Positions 1 to 9,695 are shown, numbered from the stretch's first letter. The stretch is 29,676 nt of DNA from an uncultured archaeon (GCA_964388035.1 CAYLZE010000052.1:1-29676); one strand, 5' to 3'. Notes: a model not told the origin generated them from the letters alone. Numbers and translations are program-made.

Positions 1-3
1 AAA

Positions 4-606
4 TTAATAAGAAACTGTGACTAATTCGTTGCCCCGCACAGCATAGTTTTTATCAACATACACAATCACGGCATGACCGGAATGAATATATACTAAGGGA
101 ATAGTTGGTTTAGAATAATTTTCGATTAAGGATTTTTTTATGATTATTTTCAGAGTTTTATTGCATCCATTGCATCGGATTAATGCGGTTCTAAATAAGT
201 CTAAATTCTCATAATTGTTAAAGAGATATTTTATGGTATCATTAAATGAATTAAAAATATGGTTTTTCTCCCCATAAGACGTGGAGAGAAGGGTTTCATC
301 AAATGTTTTAAAAAATACGTTGATGAGATATTCTAGTAATATTTCCATTAATAAACTCTGGACATCAGGGTGAGCTCCCATGGTAAAAACCACATCATTT
401 TTAACATAATAGACTAATTTTATATCGGATTTAGAAATACAATAATATATGCCTTTATCGGGAGCATTTCGAGTGAGCTTACATTCAAAAAAGGTAGATC
501 TTAAAAAATTTGGAGAAATCCATTCGAAATTAGTATCATCATAATAATGTCGAGAAATATTGACGAAAAAAATATGTTTGAAGAGATCCAACTTATATGT
601 CATCAT
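4..606 (-). CDS. Hypothetical protein: putative longin-like N-terminal domain plus C-terminal CxxC...HxxH metal-binding motif
   Basis: 200-aa ORF. KLVYYVKNDVVFTMGAHPDVQSLLMEILLEYLINVFFKTF resembles the strand-strand-helix end of longin/sigma-adaptin folds. The C-terminus has CNGC...PLVYIHSGHAVIVYVDKNYAVRG. Fold call is pattern recognition only. Confidence 0.6.
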   Translation of the reverse strand: MMTYKLDLFKHIFFVNISRHYYDDTNFEWISPNFLRSTFFECKLTRNAPDKGIYYCISKSDIKLVYYVKNDVVFTMGAHPDVQSLLMEILLEYLINVFFKTFDETLLSTSYGEKNHIFNSFNDTIKYLFNNYENLDLFRTALIRCNGCNKTLKIIIKKSLIENYSKPTIPLVYIHSGHAVIVYVDKNYAVRGNELVTVSY

Positions 607-866
607 GGTATAATTTCCTAACTTATTATACGGTAATAATATTGTAAAATTACTATTTATTAACTGTTTTGATTCGCGAAAATATTAATATCTATTAAGG
701 TTTCTGGGGCTAAGACGATTAAATTTACAAAAAATTTATTTTAATCAATTTAGAATTCCTTAATTGGAAGAATAGTAATAAATCATTAATAACAAAATTA
801 AATATATCTTTTACGCACTTTTATAAGTATAAAAATTGGAGCTCAAATTAACAGGTAATTTATTTC

Positions 867-1973
867 ATGCTGAAAAAAGTATGTTGCTGGGATTTAGAAG
901 GACCCATAAGCGTTTTAGATTTTGCCGCAGAAATAGGGAAAATGTTAGGTGAAAAGCCAGAATTAAATCTTCAAACCTATGATATGGGAGAGTTTTTCTC
1001 GATGATCTCATTATATGATGATTATATTATTGATGAGCCAGGAGTAAAAGAAAAGCTCCATATTCCGGAATATCAACCGGGAGATACGCTAAGGATAATG
1101 GCTCCCATGTACGTGGCATGCTTTTCTGACTCTGAATTAGATCATTTAGCGCAACAAAATCTAGGATTATTACCTGGTTGTAAGGATTTGATGACAATTT
1201 TGCATAAAAGTTGGGACATTTACGTGATATCTACTAGCTATACCCAATTTGCTCATAATGTAACTAAAGTCTTAAATATCCCCAAGGATCACGTCTATTG
1301 CACGGATTTACATGTGAATGAACTGAAAAAAGGATTAATAAATATAAATAATGAAGTCAATGTTCTCGTCACGGAGATATTTCAAAAATACCTTGATAAC
1401 AATAAGAACTTAAATATTATCCTAGAAAATCTTAATTCATTTTTTTGGGGTGGAAGAGAATCAGAATATGTCAAAATTATGAATAAGGTAATGGTTAGAG
1501 GGGGAAAGAGAAAAGAATTAGCCGTGGAAGATATATCAAAACGAACAGCAACTCCTATATCCCAGATGATTACGATTGGTGATTCCATAACCGATATAAA
1601 CATGCTTCAAAGAGTAAGGGATGAAGGTGGAATAGCGATTTCATTCAATGGGAATCGTTTTTCTCTTAAACGTGCAAACATAGCAGTTACGGCTCCTAGT
1701 AATTTGGGTGTGCTTCCAATTCTTGAATATAAGGATGATCTTTCCCAATTTCTTTTGGATTGGGAGCAAAGCTACGAATTATTTAAACACGATCCAAATA
1801 AAATTCCGAAGGGATTAATAACGGAGCTTTCAAAAAATAAGTTTATAGAATACGCGTTCGTTCCTGAAATTTGGGATTTAAGAAATAAAAAGGAAAAAGA
1901 GATTGAAGAAATCATTCAAAATCAAGAAATAATGCGAAAAAAAATTAGAGGCTGGGCTGGTAATCTTGGATAA
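867..1973 (+). CDS. HAD-superfamily hydrolase, COG4030/EhaR-like
   Basis: Motif I variant WDLEGPISVLDFA, then YQPGDTLR, motif II VISTSY, motif IV IGDSITDINML and ISFNGN, all typical of this archaeal family. Confidence 0.75.
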   Translation: MLKKVCCWDLEGPISVLDFAAEIGKMLGEKPELNLQTYDMGEFFSMISLYDDYIIDEPGVKEKLHIPEYQPGDTLRIMAPMYVACFSDSELDHLAQQNLGLLPGCKDLMTILHKSWDIYVISTSYTQFAHNVTKVLNIPKDHVYCTDLHVNELKKGLININNEVNVLVTEIFQKYLDNNKNLNIILENLNSFFWGGRESEYVKIMNKVMVRGGKRKELAVEDISKRTATPISQMITIGDSITDINMLQRVRDEGGIAISFNGNRFSLKRANIAVTAPSNLGVLPILEYKDDLSQFLLDWEQSYELFKHDPNKIPKGLITELSKNKFIEYAFVPEIWDLRNKKEKEIEEIIQNQEIMRKKIRGWAGNLG

Positions 1974-1994
1974 ATTAAAACATAGATATGATAA

Positions 1995-3941
1995 TTATAA
2001 ATACTTTAACCTCTCAAATAATTTTTTGAATCGTGAATCTTTAAGATAGAATACGGGAGGCTTTCCTAAGGGTGCTTCGACCTCCCACCAACCTTGTTTA
2101 AATTCATCCCCCGACCATAAATGAATCCAACTATCATCCGGTAAGTATACTTTCCATTTAAAAACACTTGGTTCTATTACAGGAGCAATTAATAGTTCTC
2201 TTCCTAATAGATATTGGTATTTCATATCCTTTAATTCGAGATCTCTTTCATAATGAAGAATACAAGCCCTAATTGGCGGTATTCCATCATCTTGATATTC
2301 CATTTCTAAAAGTTTAAGGTAAGGCTTTAAATTGATATGAATAGTAACCATTCTTGCCAAATGAGTTAACGTTTCCTCATCGGAATCGAATTGCCAATTA
2401 TCTTTTGGTTTGTTTCCCTCGTGAGTTCGCATGACCATGGAAAATGCAGCAATTTCTGCCCATCTCATGAAAAGTTCCCTACTTCTTTTTATTTCTCCAT
2501 GGGCACTAAATCCACCGATATCAAAATGATAATTACCAATTCCACACATTCCGCAAGAAATGCCACTTGGAATAACCGTGGGTAAACCCTCGATTGGACT
2601 CCAATTAACAATTTGGTCGCCCGGCCAATATAACATCGTGTATTTTGAAAAATGAGAATATCCCGCTCGCGTAAATATTAAATGATAATCCAGATATTTT
2701 GTTTCTTGCAGGCATTCATAGCCGATCTTAATCCAGTCAACCGCATACTTATTATGAATAAGTTTAGGGTCTTCTCCAGAATATAAAGCAGCATCCAAGG
2801 GAAGATATTCTCCATAATCCATCATCCACCCATCTAACCCGATCTTGATCATATTTTCTTTAATTATTGTTTTAATCCACTTAACCGCTGCAGGATTGGT
2901 GAGATCCAATAAGGCTGGGGCAAATGCGCCCATATTAATGTAATAGTCCTCTCCATTTTGATTTTTGACACAGTAATTCTTTTCAGATGCAATTTTATAT
3001 AAATTTCCTTCTACGTTTAAGAAAGGATTGATATACCCCAGAAATTTAACATTTCGCTTGTTTAATGATTGAATATAACGAGATAATTGAGGATATAAGC
3101 TTTTATCATAAACCCAATTATAAAAGACAAGTTTGCCATAAGGAGATAATACCTGCCCTTCCCAATCTTGACACCAAGCTCCCACTACCTTTATGCCAAA
3201 TTCCTCGGCGATGCTAAGTTTTTTATCAACAACCTCCTTTCCTCCTTGGATGCCTAAAATAATCCCATCATAAACCCAATCGGGAAATCTCGGTTGAAAA
3301 CCCAGATATTTGGTTAAATTACTTACTACGGATAACAGATTTTCATCTTTATAAATAATAATCTTTTCAGGAATACCCCAAAGATAAATTTCATGATAAT
3401 TTTGAGGTTGAAAATTACATTCGGTATATGCAGTGGTTTCGACGTGGCAATAATAACATTCTGAAGAAATAAAGGTTGGTTGGAGAAAGTAGGATTTTTC
3501 CCCCAACATTTCTTCTTGTATCCATATCTTAATTGCTTGACCACGAAGATTAAATTTAGAATACTGAGCCCCACAACCATACACGGCCTCTTCAGCATTA
3601 GCATTGATTTTCAACCAAAATCGGTTTATTTCGGGATCTTTAGCAGTTGGTATAATGATGAGTCGATTTTCTTCTATCTTAAAAGAAAGTTGAAGGGATA
3701 GATTTTGTTCGCTTAATAAAACCGTGATTTCTTTTTCACTTTCGAAGATTAGTTCATAACTTCTCAGTGGCGTACGCTCACTAATTTTATCTCTAATTCG
3801 AAATTCGCCATAGTACATTCTAACCTTATTACTACCCATTCCTAGAAAAATTAGAGGATTTTCGCGGGAGTGTATAAAAAATTCCTGGTGTTCATACTCT
3901 ATTTTAAATCCAATTTGAGTTTCCAGATATTTTAGTACCAT
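1995..3941 (-). CDS. GH31 alpha-glycosidase, YihQ (sulfoquinovosidase)-like subfamily with an altered substrate pocket
   Basis: Motifs LGIQGG, WCQDWEG, FLGYINP, nucleophile WMMDYGEYLP, acid/base WPGDQ, DIGG, MRTHEGN and QYLLGRELLIAPV. Confidence 0.9.
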   Translation of the reverse strand: MVLKYLETQIGFKIEYEHQEFFIHSRENPLIFLGMGSNKVRMYYGEFRIRDKISERTPLRSYELIFESEKEITVLLSEQNLSLQLSFKIEENRLIIIPTAKDPEINRFWLKINANAEEAVYGCGAQYSKFNLRGQAIKIWIQEEMLGEKSYFLQPTFISSECYYCHVETTAYTECNFQPQNYHEIYLWGIPEKIIIYKDENLLSVVSNLTKYLGFQPRFPDWVYDGIILGIQGGKEVVDKKLSIAEEFGIKVVGAWCQDWEGQVLSPYGKLVFYNWVYDKSLYPQLSRYIQSLNKRNVKFLGYINPFLNVEGNLYKIASEKNYCVKNQNGEDYYINMGAFAPALLDLTNPAAVKWIKTIIKENMIKIGLDGWMMDYGEYLPLDAALYSGEDPKLIHNKYAVDWIKIGYECLQETKYLDYHLIFTRAGYSHFSKYTMLYWPGDQIVNWSPIEGLPTVIPSGISCGMCGIGNYHFDIGGFSAHGEIKRSRELFMRWAEIAAFSMVMRTHEGNKPKDNWQFDSDEETLTHLARMVTIHINLKPYLKLLEMEYQDDGIPPIRACILHYERDLELKDMKYQYLLGRELLIAPVIEPSVFKWKVYLPDDSWIHLWSGDEFKQGWWEVEAPLGKPPVFYLKDSRFKKLFERLKYL

Positions 3942-4103
3942 TTTGCTTTTTAAAAAATCTTTAAATTAGTACAAATTAAGGATATCAAAAAAAAAATTAT
4001 AATATAAATAAAATTTAATGCAAAATATAACATATTTGAAATCTGCACGTTAACAGAATTGCCATTATTGTGAAAAAACAATCTACTTGGCAATTAATTA
4101 TTT

Positions 4104-4682
4104 TTACTCTAACTTTTTTGCATATTTAATTCCAAAAATGAGATTTTTGACACGATCAAATAGGATACAATTAATATAAAGAATAGGTACTAGGTACGAA
4201 ATGAGAAGAAATAAGTTAATTCCAAAAAGCATTAAGATAAAATACACGATCCAAACGGAATAGATATTAAAAAAAAACAAAATACTATACGAATAAATTT
4301 TTCTTTTTGATTCTTGTGAAAAATTTCCTCTGGCAAAAGATTCGCAGCAACTACAGCAAATTAAAGCAAGCTGTACATTATACTTTTCTTGATAATAAAG
4401 CTTTTGCATGACTGAAAACATTCGTTCTATCTTTCTTCCGCAGAAATGGCATTTATAGCACCTTAACTTTCTCGCTATTTTATCAATACGTGATTTGGAG
4501 AAATAACACTCGTCGTTTATATAATGATGGCAAGATTTGCAAGTTAATTCTACGTCTAAAAATTGTTCGTCAAAGTAACTTTTGTTGGGGTCAATAAAAT
4601 GAAAGTACTTATCATGGTCTTGGCATATTACCCTTCCCTTTTCCCCAATTTCAAAATGTGGTTCAATAGAATGTTTTGCCAT
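4104..4682 (-). CDS. Cys/His-rich putative zinc-binding protein with two C-terminal transmembrane helices
   Basis: ICQDH, CKSCHH..ECYF, CYKCHFCG and ICCSCC, followed by two hydrophobic stretches. Co-oriented with the aldolase and 43 bp downstream of it. Confidence 0.65.
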   Translation of the reverse strand: MAKHSIEPHFEIGEKGRVICQDHDKYFHFIDPNKSYFDEQFLDVELTCKSCHHYINDECYFSKSRIDKIARKLRCYKCHFCGRKIERMFSVMQKLYYQEKYNVQLALICCSCCESFARGNFSQESKRKIYSYSILFFFNIYSVWIVYFILMLFGINLFLLISYLVPILYINCILFDRVKNLIFGIKYAKKLE

Positions 4683-4725
4683 TGGTTTATCTTTTGGAAT
4701 AAAGTATTGGAATAAATTATTTTTT

Positions 4726-5337
4726 TTACCATTCAGAAAAATGCTTCTCGAGAGAATAATCGCGCTTTAAAGGTTTCCTTGTAAGCATGGTATGATACCT
4801 TAACATGGCAGATTGCTCAGCTCCCGTAACATTTTGCAACGCATCTAATAACGTATTACCTTTTGCAAACACCCCATGGCTCCTGACCACCACAATGGGA
4901 TAATTTTTAAGAACTTTTGGAACTTCTCTTGCTGCATCAGCGGGGCCTGCGGGATTATCTACTTCGATAACGGGAATCTTTTTATACATGTAGATTCCTT
5001 CGGCATCCAAGCATGTTATTTCATCCTCTATAAAGGATAAGATAACACAGAAAGGATTATGGGCATGAATCACTGCAAGGGCATCGGTATTTAAATAAAT
5101 TTGTCGATGGACTTCCGTTTCAGTACTAGAGAGCATGATCCCAGAATCCGGTCCATATAAGTCTGTTTCCACGATATCTTCGGGATCTAAATATCCTAGC
5201 ATAGCGCCTCTTCTCTTTATTAATATCTTGTTTCCACTCCTCATGGAGATATTCCCTGAATGGGAAGTATTATATCGATGATCTGTCAATACTTTTCCCG
5301 TTATTTTGAATTCTCTAAAAGTTGCCTCATCAATCAT
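4726..5337 (-). CDS. Class II (Zn) aldolase/adducin family, FucA-like
   Basis: SGNIS phosphate loop, SSTE catalytic Glu, VIHAH and RSHG Zn ligands. At 203 aa it is FucA-sized and shorter than RhaD. Confidence 0.88.
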   Translation of the reverse strand: MIDEATFREFKITGKVLTDHRYNTSHSGNISMRSGNKILIKRRGAMLGYLDPEDIVETDLYGPDSGIMLSSTETEVHRQIYLNTDALAVIHAHNPFCVILSFIEDEITCLDAEGIYMYKKIPVIEVDNPAGPADAAREVPKVLKNYPIVVVRSHGVFAKGNTLLDALQNVTGAEQSAMLRYHTMLTRKPLKRDYSLEKHFSEW

Positions 5338-5367
5338 ATTTTTTCACTTTTGTGCTTTTTTAACATG

Positions 5368-7176
5368 TCAATTCATTAATTTTTCAAGTCCTAATCTATG
5401 TAATGTTTTGTCTAACGGGATTCCTTCTTCATCCCATCCTCTCACGAGATAATACTCTTCTAATAATTCTCCAAGTGGAACTGTTTGATTTTTGGAAGGA
5501 CCTTCATCTAAGGGCGTTTTTAAGAATCTCATTGGTAAGATATCATCTTTTTTACCAAATCCTTCCCTTAAATTAAATATTCTCTCCAAATTAAAGATTC
5601 TCTCTCCAATTGTCACTAAATCAGTAATAGAAATTTTTTTATTTAAAATTGTGCTTAAAAATCTCACTTGATATTCAAAGCCCAAGGCATAGCCTACAAA
5701 CTTACATACAATCAGAGAATCTTCCACGGCGCTCTGATTTTGTTTTAATGCCAGTAAATCTCCCTTTCCTCGGATAGAGAAGCGATCTATCTTTTTTGGA
5801 ACACCCAAAATTTCCGAAGCAGCTAAAAATCCTGTTAGATGACACGCACCTCTATTACTCACAGCATAATTCAAGGCATGACCAACCGCCCCTCGTGGAT
5901 CATAAGCAGGTAATTCCAGTCCTTTGACTTGCATTGCGCATTCGGGAGCGCCAAATTTAGTAGCTAGTCTTAAAGAACCTTCTGCTAATTCTTTTCCAAG
6001 ATTCTCTCGGAATGCTATTTCTTTTATAATTTTGCATAATTGTCCACCGTTTCCAAATTTGAATTTATGATCGTCCAATATTTCTTTTTGCTCTAGTTCC
6101 ATTGCACATGCTATGGTAGATCCTGCTGAAATTGTATCCAATCCATATTCATTGCAATAATAATTAGCATGTGTAATCTCTTTTAAGTTAAAAGTACCTG
6201 TTAAGGGACCTAATGCCCATAACGATTCATATTCCGGTCCTTTTCCTTGCATCTCACCCGTATTAGTTAATCTACCGCATCTTATGACACAATTAAAGCA
6301 TCCTTCATCTTTTACTAAATACTTTGCCCTTAACTCCTCTCCACTCACGGCATCTATTTTAGTAGAGTTTGTATAAGCTTCTTGAAAATTATTTATTGGA
6401 AACATGCCAAATTGATTAATTACTTTTACCAAGGCGGCTGTTCCAAATAAGGCGAGACCTTGAGAAGTGATAGGCACCACCCTGATTTTATCCAGCGCCA
6501 GTAAATTTAGCCTTTTTAAAGATTCCTTATCTTCAACGTTAAATTGTTTTTTTCCACTTTTAACCACAATTGCTTTAAGATTTTTGGACCCCATTACGGC
6601 GCCTACCCCCCCTCTCCCAAAGGCACGATGAGCTTGATTCATGATCGAGGCAATTTTCACTAAGTTTTCGCCAGCAGGACCAATACATAAAACTTTACAA
6701 TTTTTTCCTTCTACATCTTTTAATTTCTCAACTGTATCTGTTGTTTTCAATCCCCATAAGAAATTTGCGTCCTTGATTTGAACATTGTTCTCATCATTTA
6801 TCACGATATATCCCTTACTATCATTTTTCAATTTGCCTGTTATAAATAAGGCATCATAACCGCATTTTTTGAAAAATGGCCCCCAAAAACCTCCAGAATT
6901 GGAAGGGAAAATAGTATTCGTAAGCGGGGATTTAGTCACCAGAGAAAACCTACCACTCGTAGGTACTGTTGTCCCCGTCAAGGGTCCTACTGAAAAAATT
7001 AAAGGATTTTCCGGGGAAAGTGGGTCAATTCCTTTTTTTAAGGTTTCCGAGAGAAGTTTAACACCAAGACCTCTTCCTCCTAGATAATTCTCTAATACTT
7101 CTTCTTTAAGCTCGATTTTTTTTATCTTTTCATACGTTAAATTAACTTCTAAAAGACAATTATTCATTCCATTCAT
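5368..7176 (-). CDS. aor: Tungsten aldehyde:ferredoxin oxidoreductase (AOR family)
   Basis: GGRGLG, KSPLT, SNSGG, IGPAGE, GRGGVGAVMGSKNLKAI, 4Fe-4S motif CFNCVIRC, EYE, GLDTIS, VKGLELPAYDPR, RGACH and DSLIVC. Confidence 0.95.
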   Translation of the reverse strand: MNGMNNCLLEVNLTYEKIKKIELKEEVLENYLGGRGLGVKLLSETLKKGIDPLSPENPLIFSVGPLTGTTVPTSGRFSLVTKSPLTNTIFPSNSGGFWGPFFKKCGYDALFITGKLKNDSKGYIVINDENNVQIKDANFLWGLKTTDTVEKLKDVEGKNCKVLCIGPAGENLVKIASIMNQAHRAFGRGGVGAVMGSKNLKAIVVKSGKKQFNVEDKESLKRLNLLALDKIRVVPITSQGLALFGTAALVKVINQFGMFPINNFQEAYTNSTKIDAVSGEELRAKYLVKDEGCFNCVIRCGRLTNTGEMQGKGPEYESLWALGPLTGTFNLKEITHANYYCNEYGLDTISAGSTIACAMELEQKEILDDHKFKFGNGGQLCKIIKEIAFRENLGKELAEGSLRLATKFGAPECAMQVKGLELPAYDPRGAVGHALNYAVSNRGACHLTGFLAASEILGVPKKIDRFSIRGKGDLLALKQNQSAVEDSLIVCKFVGYALGFEYQVRFLSTILNKKISITDLVTIGERIFNLERIFNLREGFGKKDDILPMRFLKTPLDEGPSKNQTVPLGELLEEYYLVRGWDEEGIPLDKTLHRLGLEKLMN

Positions 7177-7250
7177 AATATTTTTTTAAACTTTATTTTA
7201 ATTCATAAAATAGATTAGAAAGCTGTGTTTCTTAACGTCTTTATATTTAT

Positions 7251-7263
7251 AATTGTTCCAATA
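7251..7263. promoter_or_regulatory. Candidate operator box upstream of aor
   Basis: AATTG-TTC-CAATA, one mismatch to AATTG-N3-CAATT, abutting a minus-strand TATA-like TTATAAATATAAA. Confidence 0.45.
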
Positions 7264-7285
7264 AAAAATTGAAAATAAGGTTTCA

Positions 7286-8548
7286 TTATCGTTTAAATAA
7301 CACTTCTTTTTCATAATCCTCAATCCTTTTCATCCAGTCGAAATCAAGCGGGACATCGTGTTTATTACAATAATAATTCCAAATAGCACCAAACGGTAGT
7401 GCTTTTATATCTTCAAGCAGTGCCAAGCGATGTGTATAATCCCCAATCCCTTCATATTCTTTTAATTGCTCCCATGGTTGTAATAATGCGAGAAGTAGGG
7501 CTTTCAATATGGCTCTTAATCCAATTACATAAGCCGATATTCTGTTAATAGACGCATCAAACCAATCCGTGCATAAATAAGTCTTTTCTCTTTCAGAACA
7601 TTTTACAATTTCTTGAGCAAGACTAATAAGATCATCATTCAAGATAGCAACATGATCGCTATCCCATCTCACCCCTCTACTCAAATGAAATACAATGCCC
7701 TCTATAAAAGGTAAAATAGCAGAAATCTTATCTGCCACGGATTCCGTCGGATGATAATGTCCGGTGTCTAATGTTAGTAATGTTCTATTTGAAATAGCAT
7801 AACTTAAGTAAAAATCATGACTTCCTACTACGAAAGATTCACTACCTATTCCAAATAACTTTCCCTCAAGAGAGTCTCTCATGAAGGATTTGGGATACTT
7901 TATTGCTAGAATTTCATCTAGAGAATCCTTTAGACGTAAACGGAATCCTCTTCTATCGATGGGAATATCTTTCATGCCATCGGGAATCCATATATTATGA
8001 ATGCAAGTATCATTTAATTGTTTGCCGATTTCAGCGCTAATTTCTCGACATCTCTTTACGTGCTCGATCCAGAATTCTCTAATATTCTGTGATTTATGGC
8101 TAAGCGTAAATCCCTCGTTAGCTTTAGGATGAGAAAATAAAGTGGGATTAAAATCTAGTTTGACACCCTTTTTTTTAGCCCAATCTATCCATCCCTGAAA
8201 ATGGTTGATCGAGATTTGATTTCTATCTACTTTTTTCCCGCCAAACTCTCCATATATCGCATGTAAATTAATTCGATGAATACCAGGAATTAAAGAAAGA
8301 ATTTCTTCAAAATCTTGTCTTAATTCAGATACAGTTCTTGCTCTTCCGGGATAATCTCCTGTAACTTGAATTCCGCCGCCACTTAATTCAGCATTAGGAC
8401 TTTCAAATCCACTCACATCATCCCCTTGCCAACAGTGGATTGAAAGATTAAAGGTTTCTAATTTCTCCAAAGCTATTTGTACGTCAACCCCAATATCTTG
8501 ATAATTATCCTTGGCGATACTATAAGACTTCTCAATCTCTTCTATCAT
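7286..8548 (-). CDS. rhaA: L-rhamnose isomerase (E. coli/Bacillus type)
   Basis: SIHCWQGDDVSGFE, NLHAIY, DFNPTLFSHP, NIWIPDG, EGKLFGIGSES, DTGHYHPTE, RWDSDH and FDASINR. Confidence 0.97.
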   Translation of the reverse strand: MIEEIEKSYSIAKDNYQDIGVDVQIALEKLETFNLSIHCWQGDDVSGFESPNAELSGGGIQVTGDYPGRARTVSELRQDFEEILSLIPGIHRINLHAIYGEFGGKKVDRNQISINHFQGWIDWAKKKGVKLDFNPTLFSHPKANEGFTLSHKSQNIREFWIEHVKRCREISAEIGKQLNDTCIHNIWIPDGMKDIPIDRRGFRLRLKDSLDEILAIKYPKSFMRDSLEGKLFGIGSESFVVGSHDFYLSYAISNRTLLTLDTGHYHPTESVADKISAILPFIEGIVFHLSRGVRWDSDHVAILNDDLISLAQEIVKCSEREKTYLCTDWFDASINRISAYVIGLRAILKALLLALLQPWEQLKEYEGIGDYTHRLALLEDIKALPFGAIWNYYCNKHDVPLDFDWMKRIEDYEKEVLFKR

Positions 8549-8615
8549 TTTTTAAACCTATAAAAGATTAAGTCAATATTGATAATAAAATGTTTTAATG
8601 GAAAAGTAATTAAAA

Positions 8616-8628
8616 AATTGAAACAATT
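8616..8628. promoter_or_regulatory. Candidate operator box upstream of rhaA
   Basis: Palindrome with perfectly matched arms, AATTG-AAA-CAATT, in the rhaA/deoR divergent region. Confidence 0.55.
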
Positions 8629-8853
8629 ATTTAAACAATCTGTTATATTTTGTTATATTCTTGAAATCTATAAAAGTTTTACTTTTTATGAAAATTTGTT
8701 AAATAGTCGCAAAATAGCTACATTTAAAATTCAACTAACCTACTTCATATTCAAGTATTAAATTCACTTTCTTATTTACATTTATGAAGATTATAATGAA
8801 AAGTGTAAAGAATTTAGAAAAACTTATTTTAAATGTAACACATTTTTTTTTAC

Positions 8854-8868
8854 AAATTGATACAATTT
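8854..8868. promoter_or_regulatory. Candidate operator box upstream of the DeoR gene (possible autoregulation)
   Basis: AAATTG-ATA-CAATTT immediately upstream of the TATA-like TATATAAA (8871-8878). Confidence 0.55.
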
Positions 8869-8912
8869 CATATATAAATTCTTATTGAATTTACATTTCT
8901 TTTTTATATCAC

Positions 8913-9695
8913 ATGTTAGCTCGGGAGAGACGGCAACTAATAAGTGAAGTCGTTAAAAATCAGAATTCCGTATCCATTGAGGAACTTAGCTCCAAATTTA
9001 ACGTTTCACGCATGACTATTTGGCGAGATTTAAAGATTCTAGAAGAAAGGGGAATTCTCGTAAAAGTTCATGGAGGAGCAATGAGAATTGATAAGTTAGA
9101 TCCTCAAGAAAATGAATTTGAAATTAGAAAAAAGTCATCCTCAAAAGAAAAGCAAGAAATTGCCAAACATGCTGCCAATAATCATATAAAAAATGGGGAA
9201 ATTTTGTTCTTAGATGGAGGGAGCACGGTAATAGAATTAATTCCATATCTTAAAGAGAAAGAGGTTACCATTTTAACTAATGGTCTTAACACTTTAGTAT
9301 ACGCCTCAAAATTTCTACCCGAACTTAATGTTATTGGATGCGGAGGAATCCTAAGAAAACCCTCTTTCACATTTGTTGGTCCGGAAGCAGAAGAGTTTTT
9401 TAATCATTATAAAGCTGATACTGCATTTATAAGTGGCACCGGAATAACTTTGGAAGATGGAATTACGGATCCCCATCCTTTAGAAATGCAAATCAAAAAA
9501 ATTATGTGCCAAAATGCTAATAGAATAATTGCTTTATTAGATACGAGTAAATTCTTTAAACGTTCATTATCTACTCTCCTCCATATTAAGGATATTGACA
9601 TTCTTATAACTAATGAACCAAATTCAATTCAAGAAAAAAATTTTATCACGGATATTAGAGGATTAGGAGTAAAAGTGGAAGTAATACACTCCTAA
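8913..9695 (+). CDS. DeoR/GlpR-family transcriptional regulator (probable rhamnose regulator)
   Basis: HTH ELSSKFNVSRMTIWRDLKILEERG..KVHGGA and sensor domain LFLDGGST, LTNGL, DTSKF. Lies between rhaA and rhaB, divergent from rhaA. Confidence 0.95.
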   Translation: MLARERRQLISEVVKNQNSVSIEELSSKFNVSRMTIWRDLKILEERGILVKVHGGAMRIDKLDPQENEFEIRKKSSSKEKQEIAKHAANNHIKNGEILFLDGGSTVIELIPYLKEKEVTILTNGLNTLVYASKFLPELNVIGCGGILRKPSFTFVGPEAEEFFNHYKADTAFISGTGITLEDGITDPHPLEMQIKKIMCQNANRIIALLDTSKFFKRSLSTLLHIKDIDILITNEPNSIQEKNFITDIRGLGVKVEVIHS

